From Antedon mediterranea (lineage: Eukaryota; Animalia; Echinodermata), in contig NC_092673.1 in assembly GCF_964355755.1 (NCBI RefSeq), positions 11,628,948 through 11,692,947 of the forward strand: DNA of 64,000 nt, written 5' to 3'. The stretch's first letter is position 1. Each line of letters opens with the position of its first letter. Below, piece after piece: positions 37,400-50,166 of the stretch. The notes beneath the pieces were generated by a model. That model did not search any database and had not been told where the DNA came from. It saw only the letters and a list, made by a program, of their open reading frames with translations. The translations under genes and the position numbers were made by a program.

Positions 37400-38934
37400 C
37401 TTAAAGCGACTTTGGAAGAGCCTTGCATGAGCAAGTTCCACCCAATATGGTTTAACAACCATGCCATGTCAACAGTATCACCATATGAAGCTAGAATGTC
37501 AACTGCCTTCTTGTACTGCTCTTGTGCCAATTTCCAATTTGATGCAGTGAAGTTTAATGCTTGACCATAGGATGACAACATTACACCGAGATGTTTCTTC
37601 TGATTTCGGCTTTCAGCAGCTCTTACACAAGCCGCATAAAATTCAACAGATTCTTTTCTTGGCAGAAAATTAATAATAAGATATTCTGCCTTGCAAGCAA
37701 CGTCAAGAAAGAGATCGTAGTCTTCCGAAGGACACAGCGCTGCCTCTTGCAGAAGTTTCTGTATGTTTATTAACTCTATACTAAATAGTGGGAGTTTTTT
37801 ACACGAGTCTTCTTCAACGATTGGCGCCAACGATTGAAGCAATTTTCCGTAAAATGAACAATAACGATTGCGCAGGACAATTGACTGTTCTGACGAAAGT
37901 AAAGATAATTCATTAGATAAAAATTCCCTTAAAAAGTCATGAATATCGAAACGATCATTTAATGTATCTCTGGCAACAAGGGACCGTGTTGTTAATGGAA
38001 TTAAGACACGTTGTTTAGCAGAAACTACTGGTTTTTCGTTGCTTAATTCAAGAATGTCAGCAACTGCTTTAGCAGTAAATGAAGAAGGAATATAGGAAAG
38101 CCTTATGTAATCATTTCTTATTGACTTTAACTTGTTGACGGATGATTTAATGACAACCGAAACCTTTTCTGTTTCACTGTAATTGGCAGAACTTAATGTT
38201 TCCAAGCGATTCTCTTCTAGCAACGCAAAGAGTTCATGTGGAGTGTATGTATTATTTTTAAGTTCAGTTGCAGCGATTACTAAAGCATGCGGAATTCCGG
38301 CGCAATATTTAGATATCTTCTTATCAATACCATCTACAAATACAACATTTTCCGCAACAGATGTTAACAACTTAATAGAATCTTCAATACTTAATGGTTT
38401 TAAACGATGGTGGTACACATTAACATGAATTGACAGCAACCTGTATTTAAACCTGGAGTTTATTAGAAGCAACACTTTTGAGTTATTGACAAGTCGTGTA
38501 CAAAAGTCTAGAAATTGAGTCTGCAACTCATTAGATGTATCAACAGACAAGTGTTCTGCCGAATCAAAAATCAGTAGACAAAGACGTTTGAGCCGCATGA
38601 AATGCTTTATAAGTGCATTTTCAGAACACGGTGGAAGTCCTAATGCTGCAGATATCTTGACAAGGACTCTGTTGAAATCTGTTACTTGACGTAGTTTAAT
38701 GCAATACACATCTAATTGCTTATCCAAAAGTTGGAAATCACTTACCAGTCGGTTACCAATTTCTTTTGATAGACGTGTTTTGCCGACCATTGGTTCTCCT
38801 GTAATTATTATCACTCGTCGTATTTCTGATTTCGGTGACAATACAGCATCGAAAAATAGTTCTTGTAAATGTTGCGTTTCCTTTTCTCGCCCAATGAACA
38901 TTGTATTGTCCACTGTGTACTCATTGTTATCCAT
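37400..38934 (-). CDS. STAND NTPase-TPR protein, coding exon 1 (NB-ARC/AP-ATPase-like NBD, helical and winged-helix domains, first TPRs)
   Basis: FIGRE, Walker A GEPMVGKT, Walker B LLIFDSAE, sensor INSR, CAGIPHAL (GxP) and FDIHDFLREF (MHD-like). Donor AG|gtaat. Confidence 0.9.
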
Positions 38935-39065
38935 TTTGCTTTAATTTCTGAAAGTGATAATATCTGCAGCGTTACTGGTAATATTATGCATATTATTATG
39001 TCTACATCACCGATCTCTCATTATCTGTAGGCCTACGTTTTTAAAAATGTCCATGACTAATTTTT

Positions 39066-39574
39066 AGAGAGGTTTCGCAATCTTACGAATATGATAACGA
39101 AAACAGATACGTCACGCACACATATTCGTTTTTGTAAGCCAGTAAAAATCTGTTTTGCATGGCAACAAAATATTGAGGGCGCCGTCCAAAATATGACTAC
39201 GGTAAATTTGAGCGAAGCGCATGTACGTGTTGCTTGGTGGTTGGCTGCCTAGGCCTAGCGTAACATCAAAGCGAGTGAGGACTTTAAAAACTGCTATTTA
39301 TCAAAATTCGCCTGGCATTTTAGTAAATTACTTTAGTAAATTACTTTCAATAAATATATAATTATATTATAATCCTGAATCGTTCCTGATTCAAATGCAA
39401 AATGTGCAAAATAGATCAAAAACTATACGCGTTTTGTAGTTACGAATATGACTGGTGATACTCGTCAACACGAATACGCTTTACGAATATAAAATGGGGA
39501 TCAGCTCAAAAGTTTTACAAATGTGTGATGTATCCGTTTTCGTTATCGTATTCGTAAGGTTGCGAAACCTCCCT
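39066..39574. mobile_element. Harbinger/ISL2EU-like MITE
   Basis: About 53-bp TIR AG(A/G)GAGGTTTCGCAA(T/C)CTTACGAATA...; TSD imperfect. Confidence 0.75.
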
Positions 39575-41699
39575 ATTCATGATGTTATGGTAAATAATCA
39601 CAGCCAATTTGGTACCATCGAACATAATTATGTTGCTCTTAATTTGAAATCTCAATAAATTCCAGGATTTGGATATGCCTATTAATCTCAGTAAATTTAA
39701 CAAAAAAACTACTGAACTTGAAGTCTGAAATCTTAAGAAACTCACTTGCTCGCTTTCACTCCAATTTAAGTGACTCAATTGAAAGCCTAGAAACAAAATT
39801 TGTGATGATAAAAAAACTACTGGGGTATACAATGTTTATATTCATTTTATGAAATATTACAAATTAAATTAAATAAAACTTGTAAACTTAATAGCAGCTG
39901 AGCTAAATTTTTCTAAAATTTGTTTTATCAAATATCTTATTATATATTTCGTTTTTATCCATAAAGTGCAATTTTGGGGACCTAGCATCTCTATTAAAAA
40001 AACAAGGCCATATACATGGTTGCATCCAACATAGTGAGTGGAGTCATTTTCATGAGATCCGTGACTAATTTTAGGATACCTTTTTTTGACTATGGATTTA
40101 GTGAAATGAACCAATTTAGAAAAAATATAGCTCCTATACACCTCCCCAAAATCGTGGCAAAGTGTATTTTAGAGGGCGTTTTCAAAATGGCCGCCTATAA
40201 GATTGGGCTCTTGTATCTTTGTAACCACTCATGATAGAGACTTCATTTTGAAAAATTTAAATTGTTCACAATATGCATGTTTATATTCGCTCTAATGAAA
40301 AATTTTGCCGTAAAATGACCGGAAATGCTATTTTTGGACCATTTGACCTTTGACCTCAAGTTGTCGTATCTCAATATGTACTGGTCCTAAAAGCTTGAAA
40401 TTTGGCACATAGTGTTCAGCAGAATATGAATATATTTGTCCTAATGAACTTTTTTGTCAAATATTGACCAGAAGTGCCATTTGTGACCTTTGACACTACA
40501 CATGTATTAAATGACTGTGTTAACATTGGTTCCGACATCTGCCTGGGTGCAGAACGGTTAATATACACATTTGCGGGAAAAAAGTATAGTAAAATCTTTT
40601 TTCGGTTTTTCTGATAGAGTATACCATATAGAATTTCAGAAAATAAATTAAAATGCATTAAAAACAACTTTTATTTTGTTAAGATATAGCATGCAATCGG
40701 GGAAAAGTTTTGTCTTTGCACCCCAGAAGTCCTGTTACAACGGTTCAAGTTTTGTTTTTTTTTCTCGCAGTTACAATTTTTCGCGCACCACTCCTCTCAG
40801 GGGCAATAAGCAGATGCCTGTTCCCCAAGTAGAGTAATCCTGCTACCTAGTTTCTCATCTCCTATTAAAAATAAGGTATTTTATTCTGGTCCTCAAGCTT
40901 AACTGTTACTGCGACATTCGGATTAGACCCTCCATGGCTTACAGCAGCCAGCATCTACTACCAGTTTTTGTACAGTATTTAACCAATTTTATTTGTGCTC
41001 CACAGAAGTCTAAAATCATTTAAAAACTTACGAATAAACAATTTCATAGCCTAGGCCTATGCCTTCTTTAATCCTTGTTGACAGGTAAATCTGGTAACTG
41101 GAAATTTGAGGTACAACTCGTGAATGATTTGAATTTCCTCATTGTCATTACAATAACATTAACTGACAAACAAACTAACCAAAATAGAAATACTGTCTGT
41201 TATTATTCTTGATGGTTGAATTGATGCATAAGCGAACTAAGCTAGTGCGAAATTTCCAACAAGAATATTTTTTCATCATCCGGAAATACCCGGCTATAAT
41301 TAGAATATGACTCTTGGAAGTTGATAAAAATAGAGTTTTGCGGTGTTGACGTCACGGCGGTAGGTGGCGCTGCATGTTTGCTAGCCACAGAGCCATATAT
41401 AAAGAGAAATAATAATAATTTATTGAAACTACACCTTTACAACGGTGGCACCAGTGGTGGCACCCGTTCATACACGGTGCGTTTCTATACAGATAGACAT
41501 TCAACAGATACAAATAATAAAAACAAACAGATACAAAATAAAACTAGTCAACCGCCGACTCGATCGCTGTCGTAGTCGTTACGTCACTTATACAATATAC
41601 AATGAATTAAAAAGAAATGAAATACAAACGATTTTTTAAACTAGTACAGTAATAATAACTGAAAAATATTGTACCAAAATTTAGAAATAGTAATATTAA

Positions 41700-42400
41700 A
41701 AACTCAAAATAAAAAGATGTCTATACCGCAACAAACCAAAAACATTACATGCTATCTACGAGTTGTATAAGATTGTTTCGTATTTTCCATCTTGTTAGGT
41801 ATAGGCCTACTTTAAAACATTTGTCAAGACACAATAGAACATTATTACTGAGGGGAAGTGTATCCTTCCCCCCAGAACATATAACATTTTTCGTTGTTAC
41901 TGGTGCAGAATGTTTCCCAAACACCTAACTCGTTATGATAAATTAAGTCTTGTTTAAGTATATTTAGCTGTTCTTCTCTTACACATTGTAATGCATCACA
42001 ACTAAATAAAAAGTGAGATATGTCCTCTATATTTCCAGAGTTACATAATGAACAGAGACCATCATTCTCCACGGTCCATTAAGTTAATTTAAAATTTAAA
42101 GGTAGAGTATTGAAACGGGCTTGAAATTTAAGACGGGCACCATTAAAATTTGTTTTATCAAATAAAAACTTTTCAAGATCCGGTTTTGATTTTAACTTTG
42201 GATTAAAGTCACGTGATATGCAGATCAAATAGTGTCGAACTTGTCTCCATTAATTGCATGTAAAGTATAGGTTTCGATAAAGTATATGAAAACAAAAAAA
42301 ATTAAATTCTGCTGACCAACCATTGGTGTATGATCATAGCCCAATTTTAATATCTTTAACCAAATCTGACTTGACATAATTATCTTGATGGATGGCGTTG
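41700..42400 (-). mobile_element. Degraded 3' fragment of a non-LTR retrotransposon
   Basis: CSLC...EDISHFLFSC zinc-knuckle typical of LINE ORF2 C-termini, preceded by FKFQARFNTLPLN. Limits approximate. Confidence 0.65.
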
Positions 42401-42616
42401 AAATAGGCCTACCCAGAGATGTTCCAGAAGAAAACTTTAAAAACACAATGGTCATGCACTATAGGATGCAGTAAACATGGTGACTATGCAAAACACAATG
42501 GTCATGCACTATAGGATGCTGTAAACATTTGGTGACTATGCAAGTATTTATGCACGTTACCTAGATATTTTGTCATTTTTGTTGTATTTGACCAATACAT
42601 TGGAAAGGGGTTGTCC

Positions 42617-43581
42617 CGGGGGCGATTTTTTTTTTCGTACATAAGTTGGGGACCCCCTCATGAAACGTCACAAAATAAACATGAATAATTCATCAGTTAA
42701 ATTTTCTTGTTCCGTGTGCACCCAAGCGTATAGCAACAAGAAGTGAGCACACAAGTGCGGTACGATTCTAGGCCTATCTCCGCTGTTGTTGCGGCGTGCG
42801 ATTTCATAGAAGATAGCGGCGTTTTGTGTGGATTGTCGAAATAATCAGCCTTTAGTTTATGGTGTTTTTAATATAATTTATTACTAAAGAATTACGTGTT
42901 AAAATTATAGTTTCTATTTTAATACTATTAGGCCTAATTATTAGTCTCTAAACCCATGTGTGTCTATTCTAGTAGTAGCTGTGTGGGGGTGTGTGTGACG
43001 TGTGTGTGTTAAGTTTATGACCAAAGATAGTTATCTTTGGTATGACACAATCCGAGTAATAAGTCAGCAAAATTAAACATTACACAAAAATACATTTTTT
43101 ATTCTCGTGGGTCAAATCTTCCCATCTCATGTGTTCATATACGGGAATTTTTAAAGTTCCTTTGAGTACATGCATATTGTTTGATAATAAAATAGCAGAA
43201 TTAAAAAAATACAGTACACAAATTATATACACATTCTTTATTCTTGTGGCTCTAAGCTTTCTTTGGGCTATGTCCAATGAATTACTACTTAGTTTAATCA
43301 TGGAGGTATAAAAATATATACCTCCATGGTTTTGTCTTGACTAGCCTCGACTCGACACATTTTGTGTGAAGAAGAGTGCGCGAAGGCAATCACGTGAATT
43401 GACTTATAATCCTAGGCCTACTGTAGAAAGTATCGTATCGCAGTTGTGTAATCACTTCTTGTTGCTATACGCTTGGGTGCACACGGAACAACAAATTTAA
43501 CTGATGAATTATTCATGTTTATTTTGTGACGTTTCATGAGGGGGTCCCCAACTTATGTACGAAAAAAAAAATCGCGTCCCG
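42617..43581. mobile_element. MITE with about 130-bp TIRs, superfamily unknown
   Basis: 42622-42747 is the near-perfect reverse complement of 43452-43575. No clear TSD. Confidence 0.8.
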
Positions 43582-45512
43582 CGAAGGGGGGGGGGGGGGG
43601 GGTTTAAAAGCAGTGACACGATTGAAAGGATAGTTTCAATGTACTAATCTGTACCATATGTGTTTTAGGTCACATTCATCTGTTTGGAGAAGAAACAAGT
43701 TTTCAGGCATTCTTTCATTCAATCACAAAAATGCTTATGCAATTATACATGAAGGTTGATGTATAATGATATGTACTTTGTAACTCCAATAGCAACCGTA
43801 CTAAAGTATGGACGATGTCTGGTATAGTGAACAATAAAGTGGTTGAAAACCTATTAAGAATAATCTAATCAGCTTTCATGCCTTTACAGGTTGCAGCACG
43901 TCAATATTTGCTGGTTATAGGAAGAAGTCATACTGGAAATCGTTCGTAACACATCCACTCCTTGTAAATGGAATTGATTAAGATTAAGAATTTGCACGTA
44001 CAGTGTACAGTAAAGTTTAATTGCCAAATATATGGTACTCTTGAGCAGATAACTGTATAAAAACAGATTACTCTTTGGAGGGTCTTGAAATGCTACCTCC
44101 ATCTAGACTCATTGACCCTATACCATTAACACTAGTGATATATTTCCCTTAAATATTAAGTATTTCACTTTACTCAATACACATTTAAGTACTGTATTTC
44201 CCTTAAATTGGGAAACACTTAACATTTTAAAAACTCACCTATGGGGAATACAGACATCACAGAACATACGGGCCAACTATCAGGCAGAGATCAGTATGTG
44301 GCCTAAATAAATCGGGTCGTTTGGAAGCCCTTAACCCAGTTGTCAGTTTGGAACTTGTTACATGTGTATGTAAACTAAAGAGCCAGATGAAGTTGTTACC
44401 GAAAGCATGCATGTGTGGTTGTGATTCGATTGTTTGCTGTTACCCAGATGGCCAGTAGGCATTCTATCAGTGCTGAAAGAAATACTCACCTCAGAGCGTT
44501 TTACCTCCTTCCATCCCAGAAAAATTCCGGATATTGACATGGGCCCATTACTCCCAACCCACAAAGCCTCTGTGACCGTTTTTAAATGAAATTAAAGACA
44601 TTCCAGTAGGCCTCCAATTTCGGTTATTTTGATACTCTTGGACTCATCCTCTCCATTCCTTGAACACCTTCCAGGAGTGATTCAAAAATTTTGAAATAGG
44701 ATTATTATAACATAGTCATACTAGTAACGGTTCACTTTGATTTGAAGCAAGAAACGGAATCTAGTTTTAAAGTGAAATATTGCAAGAGTTTAAATTTGGT
44801 ATTATAGCATAATGATTTGGGCAGTCTATGTGTTTGAAGCATAACTTAATTTCTGGTCAACTATAGGTCCAATTTTCAAAATATCCTTACTCAATCCCAA
44901 AGATGGGGACTGAGGTTGAGAATCCCTCCTAATCGTCACCTCTTCCACTGAAAACCATCATCCGTGACAGAGCGGTGTATTTGAAATTTAATACACATAG
45001 ATAATGGTAATTGGTTGGTTCATCAAATTCGAATCCCTCTATAAAAAAACTAGTTTACGAGCCTGGAGTAGCTTACCGTATGGTGTATCGTGAGCAACGG
45101 TTAAACATATTATTCATTCATAGTACAGTATCTTGACACCAAAACTATCACTTTGTGATCTGGTTACTAAATATTTCTATGGCCATTTTCTTGATCAGTG
45201 GTCATGATATGTCTTTTGGCACTTGTTCATTAGGGTGATATTAATATGAGTGTATTTGGATATTAAGCAAAGACAACATTCGCTGTTATTAAAAATGTAA
45301 GTGTGCTCCACGCAAAAATGTTTGTACCAGCTATACGTTTAATTTCAAAATAAGGTGTCTTTCTAACATTTTGTGTATTTCTGTTGTATTAGAGCAAATA
45401 TAAATATATATTTTGCGAGTAATTTTAGACTAAAATTACAACTTTCTGTCTAGTGGTTGCTGCCCAGTGGGCAAAAATTGGTTGAATTAACGTTAATTCA
45501 ACGTTATCTGCA

Positions 45513-46190
45513 AACGTTGAAATAACGTTGAAAAAGTGGTTGAAAATGAAAGTTTGCCTCAACGTAAATGTCAACGTTGAATCAACATAGAAATTATCAA
45601 CGTTGAAACAACGTTAAAATAAGTAACGTTGAAATAACGTTGAAAAAATGGTTGAAAATGAAAGTTTGCCTCAACGTAAATGTCAACGTTGAATCAACAT
45701 AGAAATTATCAACGTTGAAACAACGTTAAAATAAGTAACGTTGAAATAACGTTGAAAAAATGGTTGAAAATGAAAGTTTGCCTCAACTTAAATGTCAACG
45801 TTGAATCAACATAGAAATTATCAACGTTGAATCAACGTTAAAATAGGTAACGTTGAAATAACGTTGAAAAAATGGTTGAAAATGAAAGTTTGCCTCAACG
45901 TAAATGTCAACGTTGAATCAACATAGAAATTATCAACGTTGAAACAACGTTAAAATAGGTAACGTTGAAATAAGGTTGAAAAAATGGTTGAAAATGAAAG
46001 TTTGCCTCAACGTAAATGTCAACGTTGAATCAACATAGAAATTATCAACGTTGAAACAACGTTAAAATAAGTAACGTTGAAATAACGTTGAAAAAATGGT
46101 TGAAAATGAAAGTTTGCCTCAACAAAAATGTCAACGTTGATTCAACATAGATTATCAACGTTGAAACAACGTAAAAATGTCTACGTTGAA
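45513..46190. repeat. 112-bp tandem repeat, about 6 copies (left subterminal array)
   Basis: Units start at 45513, 45625, 45737, 45849, 45961 and 46073. Confidence 0.95.
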
Positions 46191-48011
46191 ATTATCAATG
46201 TTGATTCAATGTTGAAATTATTAACGTTGAAACAACGTAATAATTAAGTTAAAATGAAAATTTGTATCAACGTAAATTTAAACATAGATTTAACGTTGAA
46301 ATTTGATTTGTTGAATTACTATATCCAATTTGAATCAACGGTTTTAAAGTAGTTAGTAGTAAAGGTACTGTTACGTCGCAGAATCCATCAATAGAGACAT
46401 TTTATAAATACTGTATATCTTACTAATCTTTAATTTCTATAAAAACATAAAATAACATTTAATCAGGTGTTATCAAATCATCAGGCAAAATCCAAGCAAC
46501 AATCAAATAATGTACATCCTCACTGACAGTTCTCAGGTACCAATGTTAAGTATAAAAAATATACAAATAACCAGTTTTTAATATGTTTGCCAACTAACAT
46601 GATTGAATAACTATAAATATTGGCTGATTACAGTAAAATACAATAAATACAACACACGTCACAGGTGCCTTGTGCTAATGTTGCAGAAGTCCAAATGATG
46701 GCAATAACACAATACTGTAATTGCATTGTTCCGATTAGTCAATAAACAGTTGCTTCGATTCCTGTGTTGACATTGTCCTATGCTTTCCAAAAGTGTGGCA
46801 ATATTATTTTTCCAAACCTGAAACAAATTCAATCAAGTTACTGTAGTTTTAAACAAAAATAATACAGTAAAAAATTAATTGTTGAAAGATTTATTGTCCC
46901 CAAAAAACATGAACAATGAAGATTAATACAATCATACTTTGAATACCTTGCCATTTTGCAATTTTAACAATTTAGATATTCACTTGCCGTAGAAAATAAA
47001 CAAAAACAATAAAGATTTCACTTAACAAAAATACAAAATAAACAGTACATTTAACCAAAAACCAATTGTTTGTTTAAATTGTCCCCCTTTTAAGGTACAA
47101 ATGCATTTTTAAAAATCTAATTTTTGGTCAAAGTGAACAACTCTATAGTGACGGCATATTCAACAAAACATTTTTAAAAAAATTGTTCAGTTCAATTATA
47201 TCTTTAACACATTGTTAAAAAATCATACTGTACATAAACAAAAATTCAATTCAGAACATCATTTCACACTTACACGTAACATATGCAATCAATTCAATTT
47301 ATGCAAATAATATTGCAACACTGTATTAATATTTACGCCGTGGTTAGGATTCCGGCACCGAAACTCAACTGCCCAGCGTTAGGGAATCCGACACGCTATT
47401 GGGTCATTCCATCTCAGATCACCCAATGAGTTAAACCCTACCTCTTCCAATTTTGATGAAATTTGGTATATGGGTGATTCATAGCAATTAAAGCCAAAAT
47501 TTCAAATTTTAACCTTATCGGACCAACGGTTTTCAAGATATCGCAATTTCAATTTTCGGTTTTTACGCAAAAAAGGGCGCGTCCGCCACGTTTCAAAGAG
47601 CTGTATCTCGGGAACTATAGGTTCGATTTTAAAAGCAAAGGTATTTTTGTAAAGGGGAGACCATAAGGAATCTAAATATACTAATTGTGTGTGTTTTATG
47701 TTAATTTTAAGTTGAATAAAACTTTGACATATATTTTGACCTTGAAATTGACCCCGTGGAACACGCCCGTTTTGTTGGTGACTATCATGAAAAATGTAGC
47801 CCTACGTGTCAACTACAACATATAAAAAAATTGGAGGGGTTTTTTTCTTTGTTTCCATGAAATTACAATTTGAAGTTGACATACCTCTTCCTTTTAGTGT
47901 ATTTTTGGTGTCTGTCCATGCATTACTTCAATGTCAATTTGATGTATTCCAAAATTAATTTTATTACAAACTAAATATTATTATAATGTTACAATTGTCT
48001 ATGTCTGGCCT

Positions 48012-49243
48012 TTACTCATTTTGGGAAATACTGTAATTCCTAGTCGAAGAGGATTTTATAAACGGAGAGGCTATAATACAATGTACATTTGATTCAGGAA
48101 TCCAACAACAGTCTTCTTTGGAGGGCCAATAAAAGGTTTTCGCTGACCCATGAGGATGCATAAATTTAATTTGAAAATCCCCAAACTCTTCTGAGAGTGA
48201 GACATCCACCACCAAACCAATCCATGGGACACCATCATAACTACAGCACACAAAATTCTGAAGTCTAATAATGGTGGGTTGTGTATCAGCAACAATTTCA
48301 TTTTCATCACTGAAAGATTCTTGAATCACTACCACATCCGGAGGGTTTATCTGGGTACTAAGTTTGTAGACCTGCATCTGTGCCAGAGAAACGGGAACAA
48401 AGCGATGATATTGTAATGTACCCTTGATGGTCTGGGCGAGGTTGAATCTCAGCTTTATTTCTTTTTCCACAGTAGATACCTCATCTATTCCCTCATGAAA
48501 AAAGTTGATGCCTGGAATGTCCATATGAGCGAGTCATATGGCCGAGCGGTTAAGGCAGGGGCGCCGTTTACCGTACCTAAAAGAGCCAACAACAACATCG
48601 GCAAGGGTTCGAGGCCGACTCGCTCCTAGTTCTGGTGGTGGAACAAGTCTTCTCGGATAAGGACTATAAACCGTAGGTCCAGTGTACACAGTTATAACAT
48701 GTGTGTACTTTAAAGAACCCAGTTCATTATTTGAAAAAGAGTAGGGGGTTACCCCGGTGAACTGGTTCACACAATAGCCCCTGTATCAGGGGGATTACCA
48801 CCTATCTGATAGGACAGTGATTAATTCACTATTGGTAATCCTTGGCCACATTGCCTAAAGACATAAAATAAAAATAAAAAATTACACAGTAGTCGAACAT
48901 ACTGAGAGATGTGATAATATGACATTCAGTCAAACGCTGTAAGCTTCTCATAGTGACAAGCCTCTTAACGGTTCCACCTATGCCATCACACGCACGTCTT
49001 GCCATGTGATGTAGCAAAAAAATTCCACTCGGCGTCTAAACCAAAATCTTCCTGGTGGTGGCAAAGGTTAATAAAGTTATATTTGTTTTTGTATTGGCCG
49101 CCACATCCATCTGTGAAATAATGAACTTTTTTCATGGTTGGTAGTTTTGTTTTTCTATAGGGGATGACAACCTTTAAAAAGGCATATACAGTAACTGTTG
49201 TATGTTCTCTGCAATCACTTATTATGCATATGTTAATGTGCAT
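48012..49243 (-). pseudogene. C-terminal part of a Sola2-type DDD transposase (frameshifted, SINE-interrupted)
   Basis: HYFTDGCGGQYKN...WNFFATSHGK/ACDGIGGTVKR...TIKGTLQYHRF...FMHPHG..FYWP. Confidence 0.85.
48525..48880 (+). mobile_element. Full-length tRNA-derived SINE with Deu/Nin-type domain
   Basis: TGGCCGAGCGGTTAAGG (A box), GGTTCGAGGCC (B box), TAAAGAACCC...AAGAGTAGGGGGTTACCCCGGTG core and (TAAAA)n tail. Removal restores the transposase frame. Confidence 0.85.
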
Positions 49244-49987
49244 AATAACATAGTAAGGACACTAAACTATGTGTCAAAATTGATTTTAAAAGTATGTGAG
49301 TTACCCAGTATTTCTCATATCAAAATATATCTACTGTTTAAGTGGGCCTGATGAGAAAGCGTAACAATAAGACACCTTAACAGTTAGTGTTCACACTGTG
49401 TATAAGTATAACAACACCAAAAATACACTAAAAGGAAGAGGTATGTCAACTTCAAATTGTAATTTCATGGAAACAAAGAAAAAAACCCCTCCAATTTTTT
49501 TATATGTTGTAGTTGACACGTAGGGCTACATTTTTCGTGATAGTCACCAACAAATTGGGCGTGTTCCACGGGGTCAATTTCAAGGTCAAAATATATGTCA
49601 AAGTTTTATTCAACTTAAAATTAACATAAAACACACACAATTAGTATATTTAGGTTCCTTATGGTCTCCCCTTTACAAAAATACCTTTGTTTTTAAAATC
49701 GAACCTATAGTTCCCGAGATACAGCTCTTTGAAACGTGGCGGCCGCGCGCTTTTTTGCGTAAAAACCGAAAATTGAAATTGCGATATCTCGAAAACCGTT
49801 GGTCCGATAAGGTTAAAATTTGAAAATTTGGTTTTAATTGCTATGAATCACCCATATACCAAATTTCATCAAAATTGGAAGAGGTAGGGTTTAAAATTCC
49901 ATTTTTTTTGGGTGAACTGAGATGGAATGACCCTATTGCGCATGCCCAGAGCAAGGTAATCGGCGATTTTTGTCTACAACAGACCAA

Positions 49988-50166
49988 AGCGTGGTTCCCA
50001 CTAGCGACGCAACACAAGGACGTAACGCAACGCAAGTAAATTGACCAATCACAAGCGATGGCTTATTCGCTTGTGATTGCTAACTGTCTATAACTTCGCT
50101 TGTCATTGGTTAAAACGCTTGCGTTGCGTTTACGTCCTTGCGTTACGTTCTAGTGGGAACCAAGCT
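49988..50166. mobile_element. Harbinger-like palindromic MITE inside the MULE
   Basis: About 50-bp imperfect TIR AGC(G/T)TGGTTCCCACTAG...; flanks CAA/TTA, so the TSD is imperfect. Confidence 0.7.

Larger units (their letters stand above)
47401..49933 (-). mobile_element. Sola2-type DNA transposon, internally deleted
   Basis: GGG...CCC termini, 4-bp TSD TATT, about 510-bp TIRs, transposase remnant inside. Confidence 0.85.

Noticed and set aside
43640-44720. Possible decayed spliced gene on the minus strand (GTGAGT donors near 44238 and 44488)
   Set aside because: No consistent frame or recognisable domain could be assembled.
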